DNA from: Macrostomum lignano
Taxonomy: Eukaryota
Reading direction: 5' to 3'
Assembly: GCA_002269645.1 (NCBI GenBank)
Contig: NIVC01000131.1
Coordinates: 223,881 to 287,880, forward strand
Length of the DNA stretch: 64,000 nucleotides
How positions within the stretch are numbered: the stretch's first letter is position 1; the number at the start of each line of letters is the position of its first letter. Shown in pieces: positions 36,801-47,260 of the stretch. The notes beneath the pieces were generated by a model. That model worked only from the letters and a program-made list of their open reading frames with translations, ran no database searches and was not told the origin of the DNA. The position numbers and the translations under genes are program-made.

Positions 36801-38500
36801 GAAACCATTCGGACACGAGTCAGAAACCATTCGGACACGAGTCCCAAACCATTCGGACACGAGTCAGAAACCATTCGGACACGAGTCCCAAACCATTCGG
36901 ACACGAGTCCCAAACCATTCGGACACGAGTCCCAAATCATTCGGACACGAGTCAGAAACCATTCGAACACGAGTCAGAAACCATTCGGACACGAGTCCCA
37001 AACCATTCGGACACGAGTCCCAAACCATTCGGACACGAGTCCCAAACCATTCGGACACGAGTCAGAAACCATTCGGACACGAGTCCCAAACCATTCGGAC
37101 ACGAGTCAGAAACCATTCGGACACGAGTCCCAAGCCATTTGGACACGAGTCCCAAACCATTCGAACACGAGTCTCAAACCATTCGGACACGAGTCCCAAA
37201 CCATTCGGACACGAGTCCCAAGCCATTTGGACACGAGTCCCAAACCATTCGAACACGAGTCTCAAACCATTCGGACACGAGTCCCAAACCATTCGGACAC
37301 GAGTCCCAAACCATTCGAACACGAGTCAGAAACCATTCGGACACGAGTCCCAAACCATTCGGACACGAGTCCCAAACCATTCGGACACGAGTCCCAAACC
37401 ATTCGGACACGAGTCTCAAACCATTCGGACACGAGTCCCAAGCCATTTGGACACGAGTCTCAAACCATTCGGACACGAGTCCCAAACCATTCGGACACGA
37501 GTCCCAAGCCATTTGGACACGAGTCCCAAACCATTCGAACACGAGTCTCAAACCATTCGGACACGAGTCCCAAACCATTCGGACATGAGTCCCAAACCAT
37601 TCGAACACGAGTCTCAAACCATTCGGACACGAATCCCAAACCATTCGGACACGAGTCCCAAACCATTCGGACACGAGTCCCAAACCATTCGGATACGAGT
37701 CCCAAATCATTCGGACACGAGTCCTAAACCATTCGGATACGAGTCCCAAACCATTCGGACACGAGTCAGAAACCATTCGGACACGAGTCCCAAACCATTC
37801 GGACACGAGTCCCAAACCATTCGGACACGAGTCCTAAACCATTCGGACACGAGTCAGAAACCATTCGGACACGAGTCCCAAACCATTCGGACACGAGTCA
37901 GAAACCATTCGGACACGAGTCCCAAACCATTCGGACACGAGTCAGAAACCATTCGGACACGAGTCCCAAACCATTCGGACACCAAACCAAAACGGCGGCA
38001 TTAGAGAGCTCACCATCGAAGCCGTGCATCGCCACCATGCGGTTCCGCATCGCCAGAATGGCCCGAACAAATCTGTGGTAGGCCTCGCTGGCCAGCTCCC
38101 TGTACGGGTCAGGCCGGTCCAGCCGCTTGTCCCTGGCGTGCGGCGCCAGTGCCGCGCGCAGTCGCGGATGTCGCGACATTCGCCAGAGCAGCCGGCGCCG
38201 GATTCGCTCAGCCGCCAGCTGACGGCGACGCCGTTGTCGCCGGTCAGACGCCGGCCAGTCGAGCCGGCGCGGCTCGGCGAACTCATCGAACGGGTCGGGC
38301 TGCCGCAGCCGATCCGTCGAGCCGCCCGGAGCTGCTGGCGGCCGCTGCTGACGGCTGTCGGCGGGGCCGAGCAGCTCAGAGATGACCGCACTTCTTGGCG
38401 CCGCTGCCGCAGCGGCCGTTGAAGCCGTCCAGATGTTCAGCAGAAGCGGCGGCAGCAGCAGCAGAGTCAGGCTCAGCCTGGCATCTTCGGCGGCTCTCAT
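33891..38500 (-). CDS. Secreted WAP (four-disulfide core) domain protein, 4 exons, ~340 aa
   Basis: Exons 38500-38014, 36292-36023, 34962-34820 and 34013-33891 join in frame through GT-AG sites (phases 1, 1, 0). Hydrophobic N-terminus LSLTLLLLPPLLLNIW. 8-Cys WAP: CPPRWRLGDHRCKANATFCYKDSECPADSRCCFDGCRLRC. Confidence 0.82.
34195..34380. repeat. Short array, 33-35-bp unit CCCCTTGACTGAGGCGATTCACGGATCGAATT, in WAP-gene intron 3
   Basis: About 5 copies read directly. Confidence 0.88.
35048..36018. repeat. 24-bp minisatellite CACAGTAGCCTGTCTGTAGTGTCC joined to a 15-bp array CCCACACCAGCCAGT, in WAP-gene intron 2
   Basis: The 24-mer runs 35048-35935; the 15-mer runs ~35932-36018 up to the donor at 36022. 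Confidence 0.95.
36355..37985. repeat. 22-bp minisatellite AAACCATTCGGACACGAGTCCC, filling WAP-gene intron 1
   Basis: About 1630 of the 1721-nt intron 38013-36293; source of the 468- and 559-aa repeat ORFs. Confidence 0.96.
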
Positions 38501-39004
38501 TTCCTAGCAATTAATTCTTTTCTTCTAGTAGCAGTTGGAAGACAAAAGCGGAATTTTCTCTTTTTAAAAAAGAAGAAGAACTCGGAGCCTCTCCGAAGTT
38601 GATTGAGAATTTCTTTATTCTCTTTCCGGTCGACTCTGTCCCCCCCCCCACGTAACTGCTCAACACTGCTCCTTGGCCATTGTTTTGCGCCTATAAAATG
38701 GCAGCAAATGCTCGGCAAAGAAGGTTAGTTGAATTGAACGCAGGAGTGCAGGGCAGACATAAGGCGGAAATCAATGCAACGTCGAATTATTTTCTTTGGA
38801 AGGGGGTTGCAGCGCAAACATGTGTGCGACAGATAGAATTACTGTGCTCTGATTTCTCCGAGTGGGTCTGAAGTTTTGTCAGAAGCTCAAACAAAACTGC
38901 AGCTTGGGGTTAGCTGGAATTTCTCCCTTACGGGGGGTGTCACTATCTAAAATTTGGGTTGCAGAAAATCAGAGAAGAGAGACAGATTGGCTTTGATTTT
39001 CGGT

Positions 39005-39845
39005 GATCTGCAGCAGTTCCAATGAGCTGCAGTGTTTTTGGGAATCTGCTGCAGTTCCGATGAGCTGCAGTGTCTATGGGTGATCTGCAGCAGTTCCAAT
39101 GAGCTGCAGTGTTTTTGGGAATCTGCTGCAGTTCCGATGAGCTGCAGTGTCTATGGGTGATCTGCAGCAGTTCCAATGAGCTGCAGTGTGTATGGGTGAT
39201 CTGCAGCAGTTCCAATGAGCTGCAGTGTTTTTGGGAATCTGCTGCAGTTCCAATGAGCTGCAGTGTTTTTGGGAATCTGCAGCAGTTCCAATGAGCTGCA
39301 GTGTTTTTGGGAATCTGCAGCAGTTCCAATGAGCTGCAGTGTTTTTGGGAATCTGCTGCAGTTCCAATGAGCTGCAGTGTTTTTGGGAATCTGCAGCAGT
39401 TCCAATGAGCTGCAGTGTTTTTGGGAATCTGCTGCAGTTCCGATGAGCTGCAGTGTGTATGGGAATCTGCTGCAGTTCCGATGAGCTGCAGTGTTTTTGG
39501 GGGATCTGCAGCAGTTCCGATGAGCTGCAGTGTTTTTAGGAATCTGCTGCAGTTTCGATGAGCTGCAGTGTCTCACGGACTACTTAATTGTCGTCTACTT
39601 AAGTAGTCCGTGCAGTGTGTATGGGTGATCTGCAGCAGTTCCAATGAGCTGCAGTGTGTATGGGTGATCTGCAGCAGTTCCAATGAGCTGCAGTGTGTAT
39701 GGGTGATCTGCAGCAGTTCCAATGAGCTGCAGTGTGTATGGGGAATCTGCAGCAGTTCCAATGAGCTGCAGTGTGTATGGGGAATCTGCAGCAGTTCCAA
39801 TGAGCTGCAGTGTGTATGGGGAATCTGCAGCAGTTCCAATGAGCT
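39005..39845. repeat. 38/39-bp minisatellite ATCTGCAGCAGTTCCAATGAGCTGCAGTGT(TTTTGGGA/GTATGGGTG), interrupted at 39574-39612
   Basis: Direct repetition. Confidence 0.94.
39574..39612. mobile_element. 39-bp hairpin insertion with CA..TG ends and 8-bp flanking duplication
   Basis: CACGGACTACTTAA, 11-nt loop, TTAAGTAGTCCGTG (perfect 14-bp IR), flanked by CAGTGTCT and CAGTGTGT. Confidence 0.6.
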
Positions 39846-41564
39846 TTAGCTATTAACTCTCGCACACAGCAGTAATATACCAGCGCACAAATTTAATTGA
39901 AATCGAAATAGTTTTATCCCGAGAGTTTCCCGATCAACCGACTTTCTGTGCACTTTTAAGCAGAACTTTTTGATGAATGATGCTTAGAAAAGTCACATTG
40001 CCGGCGCTAGGAGGCCACACTTACAGACACAGTGGACCGCAGCTCGCTGGGCAAACATCACTCGCTGTGAACGTGACTTCAAATAAGCTCTCTCTCGCTG
40101 TTATCACTGCTACTCGTAAATTCGAACTTCCGTCATAGGCGGCATTTTCAATTTTATCTGTCAGTGTCCCGTGCTCTTCCTTCGGGATCCAGATCCTGTG
40201 GAGTATCAAGTTCGACGCAATATTGGTTCTGTTCGATCAGTTTTTTCTCTGACAGGATATTGCAGTTCTACGGCAGTTCGTTTAGCCTTGTGTGCACAGC
40301 TTTGGACTCATGTCTATGGATAAAGTTCATATTTTTCAATTCGGTAAATTCCACAGAATCATGTTGGACCATAGACAACCATATGAGATTGTGCAGATTC
40401 AAAGTTTACAAAGGCTTTAAGGTTTTGTGCCAATGACACACTAGTTCGTATTTGATTCGATTTTAACCATAGACCATGAAGTTCAACCATAGACAAAAAA
40501 TCAATCCTGCACGCTGCAGAGGGTGAGCGTATTATTTTTATTATTTAAATTACTATAATTATAACTATAATTGCAGATTATAATTCTAATCATTGTTATT
40601 ATTAGTCTTATTACTAATAATCGATATACTAATACTACCAATAACTATACAACTAATATACTAATAACTCATCTAGCTAGTATAATAATAATAATAATAA
40701 AAATAATCTTATTTACTAAATCTCTATAATTTGTATACTTGCTTATCCAAGTCGATGTAGTATAATAATATAATATATGAGCTATATTGTTAAACAGGGG
40801 TACAGGGGTGTTAAACTTAGCACAGGGGTCAGCAATTTGCGTGCAGTCTATGGCCCAACCAGTCTTTGTTCTGTAGGCTCTGAACTTTGGATTTAATCAG
40901 TTTTTTTAATCGTAACTTAGAATGACTAAAGCTATGCTTTCAGAGGGACAACTATCTAAATCACGTGAGCACTGGCATTCCGTCCATTATAAAAAGAAAA
41001 AAAACATTCGGGTCGCTCCTGCTGGACAAAAATTGTCAAAACTGACCACCCCGCCCCCGAGGGTGGGTCAGCGGCCTCGCCAGCTGCATGAATAAAACAC
41101 CAGCTTCCTGCAGTTTCGGCAATCCATCGTGCCCCCGGATTCAAATGTGGGCTCCAGCGGGCTCCACTGGTCAACACTGTCGCCTCGTCTGTTTCCGTTG
41201 GAGACTAAAAAAAGTTATTTTTTTAACACCCCAAAGCGCGACAGAGTTGACCTTTTCCTGTCTCTCTTTCTCTGCGCTGCACCGGATCTCGCATTTCCAT
41301 TTCCAGCATCCAGCTATAGCTCCATCGAATGCATCTCCCCCTTCCTCTTTCTCTCTCCCTCTCCCTCTTCTGATAATTGTCGCACAGAGCTGTGCACAAT
41401 GCTGAAAACGCTGCAGTCCCAAGCTTATAACCTAGATTGAAAGTTGATATTTTGGAATGCGCCGTAATGCTGAGAATCAGACGGGTTCTATACAGAGTTC
41501 AATGGACACGACAACTGGTTCGCTGGAGCAATGTCCATTTTAATTAGTCCTCTAGTAATATCCA

Positions 41565-41826
41565 TTGTTAAACCTGTAATATCCATTGTTAAACTTGTAA
41601 TATCCATTGTTAAACCTGTAATATCCATTGTTAAACCTGTAATATCCATTGTTAAACCTGTAACATTCATTGTTAAACCTGTAACATCCATTGTTAAACC
41701 TGTAATATCCATTGTTAAACCTGTAACATCCATTGTTAAACCTGTAATATCCATTGTTAAACCTGTAATATCCATTGTTAAACCTGTAATATCCGTTGTT
41801 AAACCTGTAATATCCATTGTTAAACC
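41565..41826. repeat. 21-bp minisatellite AATATCCATTGTTAAACCTGT
   Basis: About 12 copies. Confidence 0.94.
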
Positions 41827-42412
41827 TTCCATATACTAAATTTGCCTCTATTGAGCCTACAAAATTCACAAAAAGCCTACAATATTTGCGACAAATTATT
41901 CATCAGGACAAAAGATCACGTCATTTTATTGAGCAGCTTAATAATGAGCACAACCTAAACTAAATAATTTCCATCAGTGATTCCGGAAACTATTAGTCTA
42001 AAATCTGCTGTTCGGACCATTTAGAGTGATTTCTCTAATGCTCCTATGTAATTGCGCCTGTAACTGCAGATAACTGTTTATAAACGGAGTGTATAAACGG
42101 ATTACAATTTTTTGGCTTTATGGCCTTCAGTTCCCGCATTGCAATGTGGTCGGCTGAACCATTTTGCTGATTTCCTGCTGTTCCATTTGTTCTCCGGCCC
42201 AACACTTTTGGCTTCACTCAGTGCCCCCATTGTTGTGTCCGCACTGTCTGTCGACAACTGTCTTCACTCCATCTCCAAACATCTCTCACTCCATCTCCAG
42301 ACATCTCTCACTCCATCTCCAGACATCTCTCACTCCATCTCCAGACATCTCTCACTCCATCTCCAGACATCTCTCACTCCATCTCCAGACATCTCTCACT
42401 CCATCTCCAGAC

Positions 42413-45400
42413 TGTGAATTGGCTGTCTTATACCGATTTGAACTATACTGCTTTGTGCGTTTGGCTGCTCAAATTTAGCTTACCACTATAGACCCTCCCC
42501 CTCCACTGAACTGATCGATTTCTGTTTATACGTACAGTACTCGTACTTCTTCGCAATGTACATCGTTCGTCCTAACTACATGTACTCAGTTCTATAATAC
42601 AATATAAAGGACCAACGCGTCAGTTAAGAAACGCCGTTTACAACTTGCGGCTCAAGCCAATTCAATCGCTTCGTCTCAATCTCAATTCATCACAATGGCG
42701 ACGAGGACTTTTGGCCAAATTCCAGAACTTTCAGCTGAATCAGACCTTGAAATCTACGCTGAGCGCATGAACCAATATTTCATATGCAACAAAGTTGAGA
42801 CTGCCGAGGCCAAGCGTGCTATCTTTCTTACTGCCATTGGTGAGAAGTACTACAAATTGCTTCGCGACTTGTGTCAGCCACAGAAACTGACTGAAAAATC
42901 CTACGAAGATCTGCAGGACATACTAAAGAAGCATTGCTCGCCCGAACCTTCGGAGATCGCCGCACGTTTCAAATTTCAGCAACGTCTTCAGCAAGATGGT
43001 GAATCTTTCGCTAACTTCTTGGCAGGGCTGAAAAACGCTGCAAACCATTGCAAGTTTGGCGAGTCCCTTCAGGAGCGACTTCGAGATCAGTTTTTGTTCG
43101 GAATGAGAAGCGACAATTTCCGCTCTAAGCTACTCGAGAGTTCGGATCATTCGTACGCTGGGCTGATCAAACTGGCCTTGGACCTCGAAGCTGCTCACAA
43201 ATCTTCAAGCGAGATGGCGCACACTTCAGCAACCAATCGAGTCAGCGCGAATCCATCAGTGGCACGCCCGAGAGCACAATATAACATCAGCCAACACTCT
43301 GGTCCCGCTGGATCAGCATCCAAGCCAGGCACCTGCGACAGCTGTGGAGGTCCACTTTCGCGTCAGAACTGTAAATTCCGTAACTCGAAATGCCATGCTT
43401 GCGGGAAGGTTGGCCACATTAAGAAGGTTTGCAGGTCAGCAAAATCTGTGAAACTCCTGGAGGAGAATGAAACCGGGTCTCAGTACGACGAAGAAAACTA
43501 CGAGGAAGAGCCAATATTTCATGTCTCAATGACTTCCAAGTCCCCGATTCTGGTGCCTCTGCAAATCGAGGAAGTGCAATCTCATTTTGAGCTGGACACA
43601 GGATCTGCTGTAAGTCTCGTTCCCAAGGCATTCTATGATAGCCATCTGTCTCATCTGCGACTGCATCCGTCCAAGACGACTCTGCGAACCTACACGGACC
43701 AGGAGTTCTCTCCGATCGGAGAAGTAACAGTGAAGGTCACTTACGAAGGGCAGGAAGCTTCTCTGCCGCTACTCGTGGTGTCTGAAGGCAGCGCTCGACT
43801 CCTGGGACGCAACTGGCTAACCGTCATCCGCCTAGATTGGCCTCGCTTGACAGCACCCGTCAACTCGTTGATCGCAGCACCTAACGATATGGCTACTGAG
43901 CTGGTCCGTCAGTTTCCGGATGTCTTCGCCGAGGGTCTCGGTAAGTATCGCCTCAGTGAAGTCGACCTTCATTTACAAGAAAATGCTACGCCAAGGTTTT
44001 ACAAGGCGCGACCGATTCCCTATGCTCTGCGTGAGACCGTCGATTTAGAGCTTCAGCGCATGGAATCAGAAGGGGTCATCACTCCAATAGCGACTTCTCA
44101 ATGGGCTGCCCCGATTGTGCCAGTAGTAAAGAAGGACGGGTCTGTACGAATCTGCGGAGATTACAAGTGCACATTCAACCAGGTCGCAAAGCAAGAGCAC
44201 TACCCGCTGCCGAGAATCGAAGATTTATTTGCGAGACTGGGTGGTGGCCACAAATGGAGCAAACTCGACCTGGCAAAGGCATTTCTGCAGCTCCCAATAT
44301 CAGAAGACAGCAAACAGTACCTCGTTATCAACACTCAACGTGGACTGTTCAAGGTGAACCGCCTGCCATTCGGTATCTGCTCGGCCAGTGCAATTTTTCA
44401 ACGCATCCTTGACAGTCTGCTCGGGCATCTCAACGGCGTCCAGGTTTATCAGGACGACATCCTGGTTACCGGGTCTTCACTGGCGGCTCACAAAGAAAAT
44501 CTGCTGCAAGTCCTGCACAAGCTTCAAGAGGCCGGACTGCGTCTCAACGTCGCCAAGTGTGCTTTCTTCCAAGACTCCATCGACTATTTGGGCCACCGAA
44601 TTGACCAACACGGGCTGCGGCCGCTCGAGAGCAAGGTCGAAGCCGTTCAGAACGCGCCGGCTCCGAAAGACGTATCTCAGCTGCGATCCTATTTGGGAAT
44701 GCTGACGCATTACGCCAAGTTTCTTCCCAACCTGGCATCAGTCGTGGCGCCGCTTAATCAGCTCTTGTCGAAGGGAGTCAGCTGGCTTTGGGGCGACCGC
44801 GAGAATGAAGCCTTCCAAGCATCGAAGCGAATGCTGCTCGAATCAAAAGCTCTGATGCACTTTGATCCAAATCTGCCGATTCGTCTCGAGTGCGACGCTT
44901 CCGCGTACGGCATTGGCGTGGTTCTCAGTCACCGGGTGGGCGGTCAGGATCACGCGATCGCATTTGCTAGCAAGTCGTTGACTTCAGCCCAGCGAAACTA
45001 TTCTCAGCTGGATAAAGAGGCACTAGCCATAATCTACGGTGTCCAACGCTTCCACCAATTCCTCTATGGGCGGCACTTTACGATTGTCACTGACCATCAG
45101 CCTCTGCTGGGATTGCTGGGCCCAGACAAAGAGATTCCGACACGTGCGGCTGCCAGGATGCAGCGATGGGCCATCCGTCTATCTGGATACCGGTACGCCA
45201 TGGAGTTCAGGCCCACCCAGAAGCACAGCAATTGCGACTCTCTTTCTCGATTGCCTCTAAAAGGAAACTTTATTGAAGAAGAGGCGGTGCACTCGCTCAC
45301 GCTCGAGGAGGACTCTTCCATTGCTGTGACTGCGGCTTTGGTCGCCAAAGCAACTCTGGCTGACCCTATACTGTCCAAGCTGCTTCGCCTTCTGCAATCC

Positions 45401-47260
45401 GGAGAGCGACTATCCGGCAAAGAATTTCCAGAGTTCGCTCATCAGCAAAACGAGATGACCATCGAAGCCGGCTGCTTACTCTGGGGGACTCGCGTTATAA
45501 TCCCGGAAGCCCTGCGCAAGGCCGTCCTACAGGAACTCCATTTGGCTCACACCGGTGCCAGTCGCATGAAAGCCCTGGCACGCAGTTTTGTTTGGTGGCC
45601 AGGGCTGGACAAGGACTTGGAGCAGTTGGCTAGAACATGCGAAACCTGCAAGGCTCACCAGTCTGATCCAGCCAAAGCTCCGGTGCATCCTTGGATATTT
45701 CCCAGCGAACCTTGGAGCAGAATTCACTTGGACTTTGCTGGTCCTGTTAATGGGCGAGTCTACCTGGTCATCATGGACGCTCACAGCAAATGGCCCGAGG
45801 TTCGTCTAGTCAAGGATACTTCAGCAGACAGCACCATCGCACATCTCTGTGAAATCTTCAGCCGTCTGGGCCTACCAAGAATTATTGTCTCCGACAACGG
45901 GCCTCAATTCATTTCCAGGGAATTCGCAAGCTTTACACGCAGCAACGGCATTCGGCATGTCACGTCAGCGCCTTACCATCCTGCTACGAACGGTCAAGCT
46001 GAAAGATTTGTACAAACACTGAAGCTGCACATCAGGAAATCCGGTCACTCCGCCGCTGCTTTGCAACGCTTTCTCTTCGCCTACAGGGTAACGCCGCATT
46101 CGACTACAGGCACCTCTCCCAGCGAACTGCTTCTGGGACGTCGGCTGCGCTCCAGACTGGACCTTCTGCGGCCATCTCTAGTAGACCAAGTGCGCGATCG
46201 GCAAGAGGCTGCCGCTGAGTCCCAGCGCCGCACCCGGTTCTTCGGGATCGGCGACAATGTTCGAGTGAAAGGATTCGGCAAGGAATCCGGCTGGCTGCCT
46301 GGAGTGGTCGTCGCGGCGTCGCAACGGAACTACGATGTTCGAGTTGGCACCAGCATCGTCCGGTGGCACGTTGACCAGATGCTGCCTGATTCGGCGCAGC
46401 CTCCGCCATCCGCCGCTGACTCTCAACACCTCGGCACCAGCATCTCGACTCCATCGTCGGCGCCTCCGGCTCTAGATGTTCTGAGCCCCGCGGCTGTCTC
46501 CGAGCCCGCTATCCAGCCACCATCGGAGGAAAGAGCCGCGGTCCCCACAGGCCCGGCAGACAAGGCGGCAGCCGCGGACGCGGACGTACCTGACCACTTG
46601 CCAGAGGGTGCGACCCGCCGATACCCGCCTCGAATTCGGTCATGTCCAGAGCGACTTCAAGTGGGGGTGTGATGAGTGACTGTGCGGAAGCTGACAATGA
46701 TCTTGAACTGACTTTTCGCAAATTCTCCTGTCTTTCATGCAACCCATTATTACGTATGTTTCTCCAATACAAATTATTGATTCACTACTAATTCTAGTTT
46801 TCGACAATGCAATATTTCGCTATTTTGTTCGACACAATTTTATTTCCTTACTTTTTATCTGCTCTGCAATTGTGTTTGCTAATTCGATTGTTTTCCAATA
46901 CTACAATACTACATGTACGCTATCGTCGATTCGCTTTTCGTAAAAATTCATCTCATTGATCCCACTTCCCCTTGGGGAGGGAAGTGTGAATTGGCTGTCT
47001 TATACCGATTTGAACTATACTGCTTTGTGCGTTTGGCTGCTCAAATTTAGCTTACCACTATAGACCCTCCCCCTCCACTGAACTGATCGATTTCTGTTTA
47101 TACGTACAGTACTTCTTCGCAATGTACATCGTTCGTCCTAACTACATGTACTCAGTTCTATAATACAATATAAAGGACCAACGCGTCAGTTAAGAAACGC
47201 CGTTTACAACTTGCGGCTCAAGCCAATTCAATCGCTTCGTCTCAATCTCAATTCATCACA
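42413..47260 (+). mobile_element. Full-length Ty3/Gypsy (Mag-type) LTR retrotransposon, 4848 bp
   Basis: LTRs 42413-42694 and 46985-47260 (TGTGAATT..CATCACA) look identical by eye except a 6-bp indel. TSD CAGAC. PBS TGGCGACGAGGA at 42696. PPT GGGGAGGGAAG before 46985. Confidence 0.97.
42695..46672 (+). CDS. Gag-Pol polyprotein (single ORF, 1325 aa): Gag, protease, RT, RNase H, integrase
   Basis: Knuckles CDSCGGPLSRQNC and CHACGKVGHIKKVC; protease LDTGS; RT YQDD; RNase H CDAS/TDH; integrase HLAH..CETC, HLDF, SDNG, QAER. PR-RT-RH-IN order indicates Ty3/Gypsy. Confidence 0.97.
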   Translation: MATRTFGQIPELSAESDLEIYAERMNQYFICNKVETAEAKRAIFLTAIGEKYYKLLRDLCQPQKLTEKSYEDLQDILKKHCSPEPSEIAARFKFQQRLQQDGESFANFLAGLKNAANHCKFGESLQERLRDQFLFGMRSDNFRSKLLESSDHSYAGLIKLALDLEAAHKSSSEMAHTSATNRVSANPSVARPRAQYNISQHSGPAGSASKPGTCDSCGGPLSRQNCKFRNSKCHACGKVGHIKKVCRSAKSVKLLEENETGSQYDEENYEEEPIFHVSMTSKSPILVPLQIEEVQSHFELDTGSAVSLVPKAFYDSHLSHLRLHPSKTTLRTYTDQEFSPIGEVTVKVTYEGQEASLPLLVVSEGSARLLGRNWLTVIRLDWPRLTAPVNSLIAAPNDMATELVRQFPDVFAEGLGKYRLSEVDLHLQENATPRFYKARPIPYALRETVDLELQRMESEGVITPIATSQWAAPIVPVVKKDGSVRICGDYKCTFNQVAKQEHYPLPRIEDLFARLGGGHKWSKLDLAKAFLQLPISEDSKQYLVINTQRGLFKVNRLPFGICSASAIFQRILDSLLGHLNGVQVYQDDILVTGSSLAAHKENLLQVLHKLQEAGLRLNVAKCAFFQDSIDYLGHRIDQHGLRPLESKVEAVQNAPAPKDVSQLRSYLGMLTHYAKFLPNLASVVAPLNQLLSKGVSWLWGDRENEAFQASKRMLLESKALMHFDPNLPIRLECDASAYGIGVVLSHRVGGQDHAIAFASKSLTSAQRNYSQLDKEALAIIYGVQRFHQFLYGRHFTIVTDHQPLLGLLGPDKEIPTRAAARMQRWAIRLSGYRYAMEFRPTQKHSNCDSLSRLPLKGNFIEEEAVHSLTLEEDSSIAVTAALVAKATLADPILSKLLRLLQSGERLSGKEFPEFAHQQNEMTIEAGCLLWGTRVIIPEALRKAVLQELHLAHTGASRMKALARSFVWWPGLDKDLEQLARTCETCKAHQSDPAKAPVHPWIFPSEPWSRIHLDFAGPVNGRVYLVIMDAHSKWPEVRLVKDTSADSTIAHLCEIFSRLGLPRIIVSDNGPQFISREFASFTRSNGIRHVTSAPYHPATNGQAERFVQTLKLHIRKSGHSAAALQRFLFAYRVTPHSTTGTSPSELLLGRRLRSRLDLLRPSLVDQVRDRQEAAAESQRRTRFFGIGDNVRVKGFGKESGWLPGVVVAASQRNYDVRVGTSIVRWHVDQMLPDSAQPPPSAADSQHLGTSISTPSSAPPALDVLSPAAVSEPAIQPPSEERAAVPTGPADKAAAADADVPDHLPEGATRRYPPRIRSCPERLQVGV

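Noticed and set aside
9300-37985. A rule that intronic arrays are always C-rich on the pre-mRNA strand
   Set aside because: This holds for CPSF3 intron 1, GOT2 intron 2 and the DeSI2 leader, but WAP-gene introns 1 and 2 are G-leaning on the sense strand.
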